Below, in pieces: positions 45,122 through 54,142 of a DNA stretch of 64,000 nt. Source of the DNA: Candidatus Bipolaricaulota bacterium (GTDB taxonomy: Bacteria; Bipolaricaulota; Bipolaricaulia; RBG-16-55-9; DRXL01); NCBI GenBank assembly GCA_025061735.1, contig JANXAU010000080.1, forward strand, positions 3,857 through 67,856, read 5' to 3'. The notes under the pieces were generated by a model. It saw nothing but the letters and a program-made list of their open reading frames with translations. It searched no databases and was not told where the DNA came from. The position numbers were made by a program, and so were the translations under genes. Numbering within the stretch: position 1 is the first letter of the stretch; the number at the start of each line of letters is the position of its first letter.

Positions 45122-47782
45122 ATGCACAAGAGACTCTCCGTCTGGCTCGTAGCGATTCTGTTGGTAGCGGGGTTGGTAGGTCTGAGCGGGTGCCCGGGAG
45201 TGCCTCCCACGACAAAGCCGCCCGAGACGTCTACCAATCCTCCGGAAAAGAAAGAAGAGAAAAAAGAAGAAGCCGAGAAGAAGACCGAGAGTGCCGAAGA
45301 GAAAACTCCAATCACGGAGATCGGGCGCGCCGGTGAACTCCAGATCACGCAAATAGCGATCTTCCCGAGCAATCGCATCGTCCCCAAGACCGGGCGACTC
45401 GCCGTCGTGCTCTATCTGCGCAACCCCCATCCTGACAAGACCGTCTCCGAAGAGGTCTCGCTGCTCTTGGATGGAGGGTTCGTCAACAAGCAGACAGCGA
45501 CGGTGCCTGCCGGAGCTACAACGCATCTGTACTTTTGGCTCTCCGAGTTTGACAAGGCCGGCGAGCGCGTCGTTACCGTTGGCGGGCAGGAGATTCGCTT
45601 CACGGTCGTCGAAGCCCAACCCGCCCGCGGCGGCGAACTCCCCCCCGACGCCCAAGTCCTCGCGCAACCCGAAGGGCTGAGCGAGCCGGGGCTGCCGGGC
45701 GGCAAGCTCGTGGTCGGCACGATCGTCGGGCCAAAGACCCTCAACCCCGTCGTAGCGAACGAGACCAGCTCGACCGACGTCACGGGACTGCTACACGCGG
45801 GGCTGGTCGAGACGCGCTGGGAGGATTACAAGCCGACGGAGGGCTTGGCCCACTCGTGGGAGATCTCCGACGATCGCCGCGAGATCGTCTTTCACTTGCG
45901 CCGGGGGATTCGCTGGTCCGATGGACACTGCTGCTTCACCGCCGACGACGTGCTCTTCACGTTCAACGATCTGCACTTCAATCCCGACGTGCGCTCGGCC
46001 GGACGTGATCTGCTCTACGTCGAAGGCCAGCCGCTGCAGTTTGTCAAGCTCGACGACTACACTGTCAAAGTGATCATGCCCAAGCCTTTCCGTCCGATCT
46101 TGAACTCGCTGGGTTTTGTGATCTTGCCCAAACACAAGCTCGCCGATAAAGTCGCCAAGCTCAATCCGGGAGCCAAGGGCTACTACGACGGCGCCAAGAA
46201 ACTCATAGAGGAGAACCGCGAAGAGCTGCGGGGCATTTCTGCAGAGAGAGCCAGCGAGCTAGAGAGAAGACTCCAAACGCTGGGCGCCGCGATCGCCGCG
46301 AAAGACCTAGAAAAAACCCAGAGCGCGGCGGCAGCAGTGCGCGAGTCTCTGGACGCTTTGAAGAATGCCGTGCCCGAGGAGAAGGCCCAGCTCATTGATC
46401 TTCTCCAGCAAGCGGTTGACAACATTCAAAAATCTGTCGAGTTCGCCCAAGCCACCAAGTGGGAGGGCGTCCCCCCAACGCTCTTCAACACGACGTGGGG
46501 CTTGGGCACGCCCGCCGAAGAGATCGTCGGGCTAGGCCCCTATCGCTTCGTGCGCTACGACGTCGACCAACAAGTCGTCTTAGAACGCAATCCGTATTAT
46601 TGGAAGATAGACCCCAACGGCGTGCAGTTGCCCTACTTGGATCAGTTCGTCTTCTTGGTCGTGCAGAACTTGGACACGGCGTTTTTGAAGTTCAAGACGG
46701 GCGAGACAGACACGCTGGGAGTCCGGCCTAGCGATTGGCCCTTGCTCATGCAAGAGATCCAAGACCTAGACCGGGACTGCGAAGAACTCCCCACGGGGAA
46801 CACGATCTGTGTAGATCTCGTAAACAACCGCGAGCTGTTGCGTGGCGGCCCCACCTTCGGCGAGTCGTATCTAGCGTTCAATCAAGACGTGGCCAAGGCC
46901 GGCCCCGGCAAGCCCTTCTACGAGGCGCTCCAAGCGGTCTTTCGCAGCTTGCAGTTCCGCCGCGCCATCGCTCACGCCGTAGACAAAGAGTCCATCATCA
47001 ATAACATCTTCAACGGTCTGGCTATCCCGCAGTGGAGCCCCGTCAGCATCCCCTCGCCCTTCTACGACAAGAGCGAGTCGTTCACGAAGTACGAGTACGA
47101 CCTGGAGAAGGCCGCTCGGATGCTCGACGAGATCGGGCTGAGAGACATCGACAACGACGGCGTGCGCAACATCACTGATGAGTTCTTGAAGAACTTCGCC
47201 AACCCCGAAGACCGCATCGCCGATCTCTCCAAGCTCCCGCCGGAGCGCGACCGGGAGCTAGAGTTCTTGCTCACGACCAATCAGGGCAACCAAATCCGCG
47301 AGAAGATCGTCTCGGTCTTGGTGAACGACCTGGCCAAGATCGGGGTCAAGGCCAACGCGCGCTCCATCGAGTTCAACACGTTGGTAGATACGCTCTTCAA
47401 CGGGACCTTCGAGGCGATGGTCTTGGGGCTGACCGGGGGCACCGAACCCAACAACGGCTCCAACGTCTGGAAGATCAACGGGCGGTTGCACTTCTGGCGC
47501 TACTCCTCCAAAGAGAACCCTCCCGACTGGGAGAAGCGCGTGGACGAACTCTTCGATCTGGCCGCCACAACCTTCGATGAAGAGGAGGCCAAAGAGTACT
47601 ACAAAGAGTTCCAGAGACTCGTCTCGGAGAATCTGCCGTATATCTATCTGGTCAATCAGCAGTATATCTACGCCAGCAAAGCAACGCTGGGCAACAACGA
47701 CAATTTCAAGCCCAACTTCAGCGTGTTGGCTTTTGCTGATCAGCTTTGGTGGAAGGACGAGCAACGACGGAATGCGAAATAG
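45122..47782 (+). CDS. ABC transporter substrate-binding lipoprotein, family 5, paralog with extra N-terminal Ig-like domain
   Basis: Lipobox LSGC, KKEEKKEE linker, an about 160-aa extra beta-rich domain, then an SBP_bac_5 core with the same coiled-coil insert position. Confidence 0.85.
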   Translation: MHKRLSVWLVAILLVAGLVGLSGCPGVPPTTKPPETSTNPPEKKEEKKEEAEKKTESAEEKTPITEIGRAGELQITQIAIFPSNRIVPKTGRLAVVLYLRNPHPDKTVSEEVSLLLDGGFVNKQTATVPAGATTHLYFWLSEFDKAGERVVTVGGQEIRFTVVEAQPARGGELPPDAQVLAQPEGLSEPGLPGGKLVVGTIVGPKTLNPVVANETSSTDVTGLLHAGLVETRWEDYKPTEGLAHSWEISDDRREIVFHLRRGIRWSDGHCCFTADDVLFTFNDLHFNPDVRSAGRDLLYVEGQPLQFVKLDDYTVKVIMPKPFRPILNSLGFVILPKHKLADKVAKLNPGAKGYYDGAKKLIEENREELRGISAERASELERRLQTLGAAIAAKDLEKTQSAAAAVRESLDALKNAVPEEKAQLIDLLQQAVDNIQKSVEFAQATKWEGVPPTLFNTTWGLGTPAEEIVGLGPYRFVRYDVDQQVVLERNPYYWKIDPNGVQLPYLDQFVFLVVQNLDTAFLKFKTGETDTLGVRPSDWPLLMQEIQDLDRDCEELPTGNTICVDLVNNRELLRGGPTFGESYLAFNQDVAKAGPGKPFYEALQAVFRSLQFRRAIAHAVDKESIINNIFNGLAIPQWSPVSIPSPFYDKSESFTKYEYDLEKAARMLDEIGLRDIDNDGVRNITDEFLKNFANPEDRIADLSKLPPERDRELEFLLTTNQGNQIREKIVSVLVNDLAKIGVKANARSIEFNTLVDTLFNGTFEAMVLGLTGGTEPNNGSNVWKINGRLHFWRYSSKENPPDWEKRVDELFDLAATTFDEEEAKEYYKEFQRLVSENLPYIYLVNQQYIYASKATLGNNDNFKPNFSVLAFADQLWWKDEQRRNAK

Positions 47783-47786
47783 ATAA

Positions 47787-47859
47787 GGCCCTCACCCCCG
47801 GCCCCCCTCCCGTAGTGGCCGACGGGAGAGGGGGGTGCTCGCAGGGCGGGGTGAGGGCC
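47787..47859. repeat. nested GC-rich palindromic element (REP-like), copy f
   Basis: GGCCCTCACCCC-cggc-CCCCCTCCCGT-agtggccg-ACGGGAGAGGGGGG-tgctcgcagggc-GGGGTGAGGGCC, 4 nt after the SBP stop. Confidence 0.7.
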
Positions 47860-47875
47860 TCCCAGAGAGATACTT

Positions 47876-49054
47876 ATGCTCAACTACATCCTGCGGCGTC
47901 TGATCTACATGCTCCCGACGCTCTTGATTATCTCGCTGGTGGCGTTCTTCGTCGTCCAGCTCGCCCCGGGGGATTTTCTCACCAAATACAAGCTGAACGA
48001 GCGCATCTCCCAAGAGACGCTGCAGAGCATCGCCAAGCACTTGGGCCTAGAGACCCCCTGCGAACCCCTCGAATGGCAGTGGCAGGGCTGCTTGGATCGC
48101 TACTGGCGCTGGCTCAAGGGGGTCATCTGGGAGAGCCAGAGCACCGACCCTCGCACAGGGCAACAGTGGCAAGTCTGGTCTTTCCAGTTCTCTATAAACA
48201 GTCAATTCCCGTTCGTGCACGGCTTCCCCTTTATCCACTGGAACCCCGATTTTGGGTTCTCGTTCGAGACCAACCAGCCCGTGGCTACGCTCTTCTGGGA
48301 GCGCTTGCCCTTAACGCTGCTCGTCACGATCCCTACGTTTCTCTTCGCGTGGCTGATCTCACTCCCCTTGGGGATCTACTCGGCGACGCGACAGTACTCG
48401 TTGGGTGACAATATCTTCACGCTCTTGGGCTTCGCGGGGCTTTCGATCCCCAACTTCTTTCTCGCTCTCGTGCTGATGTACTGGCTTGTGATCTCGGTCA
48501 TCCCGACGTTCTGTGGCTGGGGGTGGGGGTTCTTCTGTCCGGGCAATCCCGGCGCTTCGGTGGGCGGGCTGTTCACCCAAGCGCACATGGCCGGCTCGCC
48601 GTGGCCGTGGGACTGGACGCTGACCAAATGGCTCGACTACCTGTGGCATCTGTGGCCCGCCGTGCTGGTCATTGGCTCGTCTTCGATTGCAAGCTTGATG
48701 CGCGTGATGCGCGGGCAACTCCTCGATATTCTCAACTCTCAGTATATTATGACCGCACGGGCCAAGGGCCTCAAAGAGAGCGTTGTCATTTATAAACACG
48801 CGGTGCGCAACGCGCTCAACGTGATGATCACGATCTTCGGGCAGAGCCTGCCTGGACTTATCAGCGGCGCGTTGATTACAGCGATCGTCTTGAACTTCCC
48901 CACCGTCGAGCGGCTCTTCTACGACGGGCTGCGCGCTTATGATGACTATCTCGTCCAGACGCTCTTGATGTTCTTTGCTGTCTTGCTGCTGTTGGGCAAT
49001 CTCTTGGCTGATATCATGCTTGCATGGGCCGATCCGCGCATTCGCTATGACTGA
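47876..49054 (+). CDS. ABC transporter permease (DppB/OppB-like) with enlarged periplasmic loop
   Basis: N-terminal MLNYILRRLIYMLPTLLIISLVAFFVVQLAPGDF and an EAA-loop region. Confidence 0.85.
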   Translation: MLNYILRRLIYMLPTLLIISLVAFFVVQLAPGDFLTKYKLNERISQETLQSIAKHLGLETPCEPLEWQWQGCLDRYWRWLKGVIWESQSTDPRTGQQWQVWSFQFSINSQFPFVHGFPFIHWNPDFGFSFETNQPVATLFWERLPLTLLVTIPTFLFAWLISLPLGIYSATRQYSLGDNIFTLLGFAGLSIPNFFLALVLMYWLVISVIPTFCGWGWGFFCPGNPGASVGGLFTQAHMAGSPWPWDWTLTKWLDYLWHLWPAVLVIGSSSIASLMRVMRGQLLDILNSQYIMTARAKGLKESVVIYKHAVRNALNVMITIFGQSLPGLISGALITAIVLNFPTVERLFYDGLRAYDDYLVQTLLMFFAVLLLLGNLLADIMLAWADPRIRYD

Positions 49055-50213
49055 GACTTCTGCAACCACGGCCGAAGAACGCCGCGACCAAGAAGAACGG
49101 CTGCTAACGACCAAGCCCGTCAGCCAGAGCCAGCTCATCTGGCGACGCTTCCGGCGCCATCGGCTGGGGGCACTCGGCGGCGCGATCATCGTCATTCTGA
49201 CGCTCCTGACGATCTTCTCGCACTTCATCGCCCCCTACGACTACGCCACCCAGCGACGGCGCTTCGCTTACGCGCCTCCCACGCAGATCCACTTCTTCGA
49301 CAAGGAAGGGCGTCTGACTTGGCCCTTCGTGTATGGGCTGAAGCGCGAGCGCGATCCCCGAGGCCGTTGGATCTACCGAGAAGACCGCGAGCGCGTCTAT
49401 CCCATCAAGTTCTTCGTCTCCGGTGACCCGTATCTCTTCTTGTGGCTCTTCCCAACGGATATCCATCTCTTTGGCACGGGGGAGCGCGATCTCAACTCGC
49501 CGGGGCAGATCTTTCTCTTCGGCACCGATGACGTTGGGCGCGATCTCTTCTCGCGCACGCTGATCGGGGGGTGGGTCTCGCTCTCGATCGGGCCGCTGGC
49601 GCTTCTTATCAGCTTGAGCCTGGCGATCGTCTTTGGGGGGATTTCGGGCTACTATGGGGGCGGGCTGGACGTCTTCATTCAGAGACTGATTGAAGTCTTG
49701 AATTCGTTCCCCGGGTTGCCCTTGCTCTTGGCTCTGGCGGCGATCTTGCCTCCGGGGTTGCCTCCAGCGGTCTCGTTCTTGTTGATTATTATGATCTTGT
49801 CTATTTTGGGGTGGGGCGGGACGGCGCGGGCGCTGCGTGGGCTCTTCTTGGCGCTGCGTGAGCAAGAGTTCTCCCTAGCGGCTAAAGCCGTCGGAGCCAG
49901 CGACGCCCGTATTATCTTCACGCACCTGCTCCCCAATACGATGAGCTTCTTGATCGTCACGGCGACGCTCAGCATCCCCGGCTTGATCTTGGCCGAAGCC
50001 GCGCTGAGCTTCTTGGGCTTTGGCATCCGAGACCCGATGACCAGTTGGGGGCAACTGCTCAATCAGTTCACCGACAACACGATCTCGAATTTAACTTATC
50101 ATCCGTGGCTGATGATCCCCGGGTTCTTTATTATCGTCGCGGTGCTGGCGTTTAACTTCATGGGCGACGCGCTGCGCGATGCCGTAGATCCCTTCTCTAC
50201 GAAGGGGAGGTGA
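49047..50213 (+). CDS. ABC transporter permease (DppC/OppC-like)
   Basis: ATGACTGA overlap with the upstream permease. Typical TM and EAA pattern. Confidence 0.85.
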   Translation: MTETSATTAEERRDQEERLLTTKPVSQSQLIWRRFRRHRLGALGGAIIVILTLLTIFSHFIAPYDYATQRRRFAYAPPTQIHFFDKEGRLTWPFVYGLKRERDPRGRWIYREDRERVYPIKFFVSGDPYLFLWLFPTDIHLFGTGERDLNSPGQIFLFGTDDVGRDLFSRTLIGGWVSLSIGPLALLISLSLAIVFGGISGYYGGGLDVFIQRLIEVLNSFPGLPLLLALAAILPPGLPPAVSFLLIIMILSILGWGGTARALRGLFLALREQEFSLAAKAVGASDARIIFTHLLPNTMSFLIVTATLSIPGLILAEAALSFLGFGIRDPMTSWGQLLNQFTDNTISNLTYHPWLMIPGFFIIVAVLAFNFMGDALRDAVDPFSTKGR

Positions 50214-50217
50214 TCCG

Positions 50218-51516
50218 ATGAAGCTTCTTGGCTTGATCGCGTTCTTAGCTCTTGCGCTGGTGGGCTGCACGGTCTTGCCGTCGGGGCCGGGAGTGGTCAT
50301 CGGGGATTTCATGCTCACGCTCTCGGTAGAAGGGCGTGCTCGGAGAACCCAAGCCGATCAAGGCGATCCCATCTCGCTGATGCTTGCTCTCGTCAACCGT
50401 GGCCGCACTAAGATCCTGACGCTGCGCCAGCGCCCCGCCTATGATTTCATCGTCACCCGCGAAGACGGCACAGAAGTCTGGCGCTGGACCCACGATAAGA
50501 CCATAGAAGCTCTTCCCAAAGAGATCGAGTTCTCTCCTTGGGACAGATGGCGTTATTATAGTGCAGTGTGGGATCAGCGCGACAACGATGGCTTCCCCGT
50601 GCCGGTGGGGCAATACTGGGTGCAAGGGGTGCTCTACACGCAGCCGCGCACGTTATTCTCTCAAAGGGTGAAGCTTCTCATCTGGCATGGTTCCCCATTG
50701 AGGTTGAGCGTGGAGATACCCGCGTATAGGCATCCCTATCGTCGTCGGTATGAAGGCTATTGGAAGATGGGTCAGCCCTTGCCGATCACGCTCAAGCTGC
50801 GCAACGTCACCGATAGAGCTATCGAACTGACGCTCTTAGGGCGCCCGGCTTACGATGTCGCGGTGGCTACGTCAGGCTGGCCGCAGGGGCAAGAGGTCTG
50901 GCGCTTCTCGTACGGTCAAGTGATCCAGAAGATCGCCGAACTCAAGAGGCTGGAGCCGCTGGAGGAGCTAGAATTCTTGGTAGAGTGGGACCTGCGGGAC
51001 AACGCGGGCGTTCCTATCAAGCCGGGCTATTATTGTGTGGAGGGCTTTCTCAACGTTGAGCCTAGCGCAGAGCCTACCGAGCGTTACTGCCTTTGGATTG
51101 CGCCGGAGCTGCCCTTGCGAGTCTCTCTAGACGCCCCCGCTCACGCTCGCGTCGGCGAGAGCCTCTCCCTGAAGCTCAAGATCCAAAACCCCAGCGACTG
51201 CCCCCTGACGCTGCTCTCTCCTTATCCAGATTTTGTAGTGACGACCCTGGACGGGAGAGTGATCTGGAGCTGGGCTGACTATTATGGGAGATTTCTCCTC
51301 CACCCCCACCCGCCCCCGGACAATTACTACAACATTTTGACGCTACAGCCCGGTGAGGTGCGGGAGTACCCAGCAACGTGGGATCAATTCGATAATGAAG
51401 GCTATCCCGTGCGAGCGGGGACTTACTGGGTCTATGGGTTTTTCACGGCCTCCCAGCAGACCAATACGATTCAGATGATACAGACCGAGCGACAGAAGTT
51501 GGTGATCTCCCGTTAG
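50218..51516 (+). CDS. lipoprotein with three tandem ~140-aa beta-sandwich repeats (BsuPI/protease-inhibitor-like)
   Basis: Lipobox LVGC. Three repeats sharing TL(L)xxRPAYDxxVxxxxGxEVWRxS...WDxRDNxGxPVxxGxYxVxGxL. Confidence 0.55.
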   Translation: MKLLGLIAFLALALVGCTVLPSGPGVVIGDFMLTLSVEGRARRTQADQGDPISLMLALVNRGRTKILTLRQRPAYDFIVTREDGTEVWRWTHDKTIEALPKEIEFSPWDRWRYYSAVWDQRDNDGFPVPVGQYWVQGVLYTQPRTLFSQRVKLLIWHGSPLRLSVEIPAYRHPYRRRYEGYWKMGQPLPITLKLRNVTDRAIELTLLGRPAYDVAVATSGWPQGQEVWRFSYGQVIQKIAELKRLEPLEELEFLVEWDLRDNAGVPIKPGYYCVEGFLNVEPSAEPTERYCLWIAPELPLRVSLDAPAHARVGESLSLKLKIQNPSDCPLTLLSPYPDFVVTTLDGRVIWSWADYYGRFLLHPHPPPDNYYNILTLQPGEVREYPATWDQFDNEGYPVRAGTYWVYGFFTASQQTNTIQMIQTERQKLVISR

Positions 51517-51588
51517 GCTTGCACTTACTACTGCTAGGTGTGTGCTTAACGAGAGGCTTGGGAATCTTGTAAAAATCGCACCATAGCT

Positions 51589-51684
51589 TCACTGGTCTTT
51601 GGGAGTTTGCAAAAGTTTCGCCAGCAAACGCGCATAGTCGCGAATCTTCGCGATCCGCACCGCGACGATCTCCTCGTCAATCAT
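51589..51684 (-). pseudogene. HepT (HEPN toxin) N-terminal fragment, truncated after 31 codons
   Basis: MIDEEIVAVRIAKIRDYARLLAKLLQTPKDQ* resembles a HepT/DUF86 N-terminal helix. It overlaps the MNT gene by 8 nt. Downstream there is no room for the Rx4HxY HEPN motif region. Confidence 0.4.
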
Positions 51685-51997
51685 AGAACCGTCCCGCTGT
51701 GATGGCCTCGAAGAGCCGCTGACGATAGAGATCTCGAAGAGGCCGCGTATCGAGGTACTCGCGGAGGGTCTTGGCTTCAAAGCGCACCCGTACTGTTTCG
51801 TCTTGGTTGTAGAGGACCCTCCCATATTGGATGACTTTGAAGCGCAGCGCAGGCGAAGCCTCGTTTAACACCGCAACGTCCACGTGCGGAACGTTCAACG
51901 CTCTCGGCACTTCGGCAAGGAGGCTCAAGCGCCGCCGGAAGCGCTCTTGAGGGGAGAGCCCGTCATCAAAGAGCACTCCAATGTCAAAGTCGCTCAA
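51677..51997 (-). CDS. MNT-type nucleotidyltransferase antitoxin homolog (N-terminally short; GS motif absent)
   Basis: SDFDIGVLF (DxD of the Pol-beta NTase fold), with conserved C-terminal ...VDVAVLNEASPALRFKVIQYGRVLY. It starts at TTG directly after the trpS 3' end. Confidence 0.5.
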   Translation of the reverse strand: MSDFDIGVLFDDGLSPQERFRRRLSLLAEVPRALNVPHVDVAVLNEASPALRFKVIQYGRVLYNQDETVRVRFEAKTLREYLDTRPLRDLYRQRLFEAITAGRFYD

Positions 51998-52020
51998 CCA
52001 CTGGAACGGCTGGGTAAGCG

Positions 52021-53010
52021 TTATAACACGACCCTCCCCACGCCGATGCGCTCGCGCACCTCTTCGAGCGTCCGGCGCGCGACGGCGCGCGCCGTGCGCG
52101 CCCCTTCTATCAAGATCTCGCGTACTTCAGCTTCTTTGAGCTGAGCGCGTCGCGCGCGAATCGGCTCCAACGTCTTGACCAGATAGTCCGCCACGGCTCG
52201 CTTGAGCGGCTCGTATTTTAAAACCCCGCGCGCGTAGTCGTCCTCAAACTGATCGTAGATCTCCTTGGGAGCGGTCAGCTTCAACAACAAGAAGAGATTG
52301 GCCACCCCCGGACTCTTCTCGTTGGTATCGGGGCGCGGCCCAATGTCCGTGACGGCGGTCTTGATCTTCTCACGAATTGAATCTTCTGATTCGGTGATGG
52401 CGATATAGTGCTTTGGCCCCAGCGATTTGCTCATCTTGCGGGTTGGCTCCGCCGGCGACATGATGCGCAGGGCCTCGGAGAGCAGCACCTCGGGTTCGGG
52501 GAAGGTCTCGCCAAAGCGCGAGTTGAATCGGCGCGCGATGCGCCGCGTCAGCTCGATGTGCTGCACCTGGTCTTCCCCGACGGGCACTTTAGAAGCCTTG
52601 TACGCCAAGATATCTGCGGCTTGCAGCACGGGATACGTGAACAGCCCGCAACTGACGAACTCTTGGCCCTCGCCCTTCTCTTTAAACTGCGTCATGCGCT
52701 GCAAGTCCCCGTAGGACGTAACGGCGCTCAAAATCCACGCCAGCTCTGTGTGCTCCGGCACTTGCGATTGCACAAAGAGCACGCACTGGCGGGGATCAAG
52801 CCCACACGCCAACAGATCCATTCCCATCTCTAGGGTGTTCCGTCTCAGCTCCTCGGGGTCGTGCTCGACGGTAATCGCGTGATAGTCTACGATGGCGTAG
52901 TAGCACTTGTATTGAGTCTGAAGCTTGACGAAATTCTGAACAGCGCCGAAGTAGTTGCCGATGTGCAGCGTTCCGGTGGGCTGTAGGCCAGAGAAGACGA
53001 TGGCGGTCAT
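52021..53010 (-). CDS. trpS: tryptophan--tRNA ligase
   Basis: QPTGTLHIGNYFG (HIGH), KMSKS (KMSKSLG), Trp-specific residues. The ATG at 53010 is preferred over the listed GTG at 53043. Confidence 0.9.
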   Translation of the reverse strand: MTAIVFSGLQPTGTLHIGNYFGAVQNFVKLQTQYKCYYAIVDYHAITVEHDPEELRRNTLEMGMDLLACGLDPRQCVLFVQSQVPEHTELAWILSAVTSYGDLQRMTQFKEKGEGQEFVSCGLFTYPVLQAADILAYKASKVPVGEDQVQHIELTRRIARRFNSRFGETFPEPEVLLSEALRIMSPAEPTRKMSKSLGPKHYIAITESEDSIREKIKTAVTDIGPRPDTNEKSPGVANLFLLLKLTAPKEIYDQFEDDYARGVLKYEPLKRAVADYLVKTLEPIRARRAQLKEAEVREILIEGARTARAVARRTLEEVRERIGVGRVVL

Positions 53011-53104
53011 GGAGGAGACATCAGAAGAGCCAAAGCCGATCACGAACGCGCTTTTCGTTCATAGACGATCACCTTGTTCTTCTTGGGTTCAGTGACGATG
53101 CGTT

Positions 53105-53133
53105 ATTATAAACGGACGATCTGGGGCTGTCAA
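53105..53133 (-). promoter_or_regulatory. perfect-consensus promoter of trpS (TTGACA-17-TATAAT, minus strand)
   Basis: Plus-strand tgtcaa at 53128-53133 and attata at 53105-53110. This gives an about 88-nt leader. Confidence 0.5.
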
Positions 53134-53272
53134 GAGCCGGACCTAGTCCCTATTCGCGGCAGCTCGCGCCCGCGCAGGCCTTCAGCCGCGCCAGTTGGGC
53201 TGATAAGCTCTGGGAACTTGCTTTTCTCCCTCTCTTGCGCGACAATAGCCACAGCTCAGAGAGATCATCGCG

Positions 53273-54142
53273 GTGGTCCTCTTGGAGAATGGGGAACTTC
53301 GGCAGCCTCAGCCACGCCATGCCATCGGCTTCTTGCTCCTGTGGCTCTTGGTGAGCGCGCTCACTGACTTTCTCTTTGCCCTGATCCTGCGCAGCCCTCC
53401 CCCTTATGCCTCCTTGTCCTCCAAGCAGTTCTATCACGCGATCTCGATCTTGAAGAGCGCTTTGGTCTCGCTTTGGCTGGTCTGGATCTTCGCGCGTCGG
53501 ATGAAGTTCGATTTGGAAGCTACGTTGAGCTTAAGATCTACTCCTTCTCGCTCGATCTATCTATGGGCCTCTCTCGCGGTGATCGCCCTGGGGGTGGCGC
53601 TCAGCCTGGTGATCTCCCTTCTGCTGAAGCTGATGCCATGGCTTCTACCTCCGGGAATCCTCTCCGAAGCGCTCTTTGAGCTGATAGAGCTATCCCGATT
53701 GGAGCAAGCCCAGGGCTTTCTCGCGTTTCTGCTGGCCGTTAGCGTGGGACCGGGGATCAGTGAAGAATTAGTCTTTCGCGGGATGGTTCTCTGCGGGCTG
53801 CTCGCGCGCTTTCGCCCGACCGTAGCGGTCACGCTGACGGCGCTCCTCTTCGGACTGATCCACGTCATCCCGTTGCAAGTGTTGATGGCCAGCGTCATGG
53901 GGCTTTTCTTGGGCTATCTGGTCGTGCGCACCCAGAGCATCTACCCAGCCATTGTCGCGCATATGGTCACCAACTTTTGGGCGACGATCGAGACGGGCCT
54001 ATGGTGGGCGTCTAATCCCTCGTGGAGTCCTCAACACCTGATTCTAGGCGCGAGCTATCCGTGGTGGGTGTACGGAGCGGTCGTGATCGTGCTGATCCTT
54101 GCGCTCTATCGCCTCCATCGAGCCTCGGAGACTAACGCTTAA
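53273..54142 (+). CDS. CPBP-family intramembrane metalloprotease (CAAX protease/Abi domain)
   Basis: EELVFRG...H.IHV (FGLIHVIP) ...HMVTN motifs. Multi-TM. Confidence 0.65.
   Translation: MVLLENGELRQPQPRHAIGFLLLWLLVSALTDFLFALILRSPPPYASLSSKQFYHAISILKSALVSLWLVWIFARRMKFDLEATLSLRSTPSRSIYLWASLAVIALGVALSLVISLLLKLMPWLLPPGILSEALFELIELSRLEQAQGFLAFLLAVSVGPGISEELVFRGMVLCGLLARFRPTVAVTLTALLFGLIHVIPLQVLMASVMGLFLGYLVVRTQSIYPAIVAHMVTNFWATIETGLWWASNPSWSPQHLILGASYPWWVYGAVVIVLILALYRLHRASETNA

Noticed and set aside
53011-53098. T-box riboswitch upstream of trpS
   Set aside because: The leader from the mapped consensus promoter is only about 88 nt, with no specifier-loop or T-box (AATTAGGGTGGNACCGCG) sequence. 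T-box leaders are 200-300 nt.
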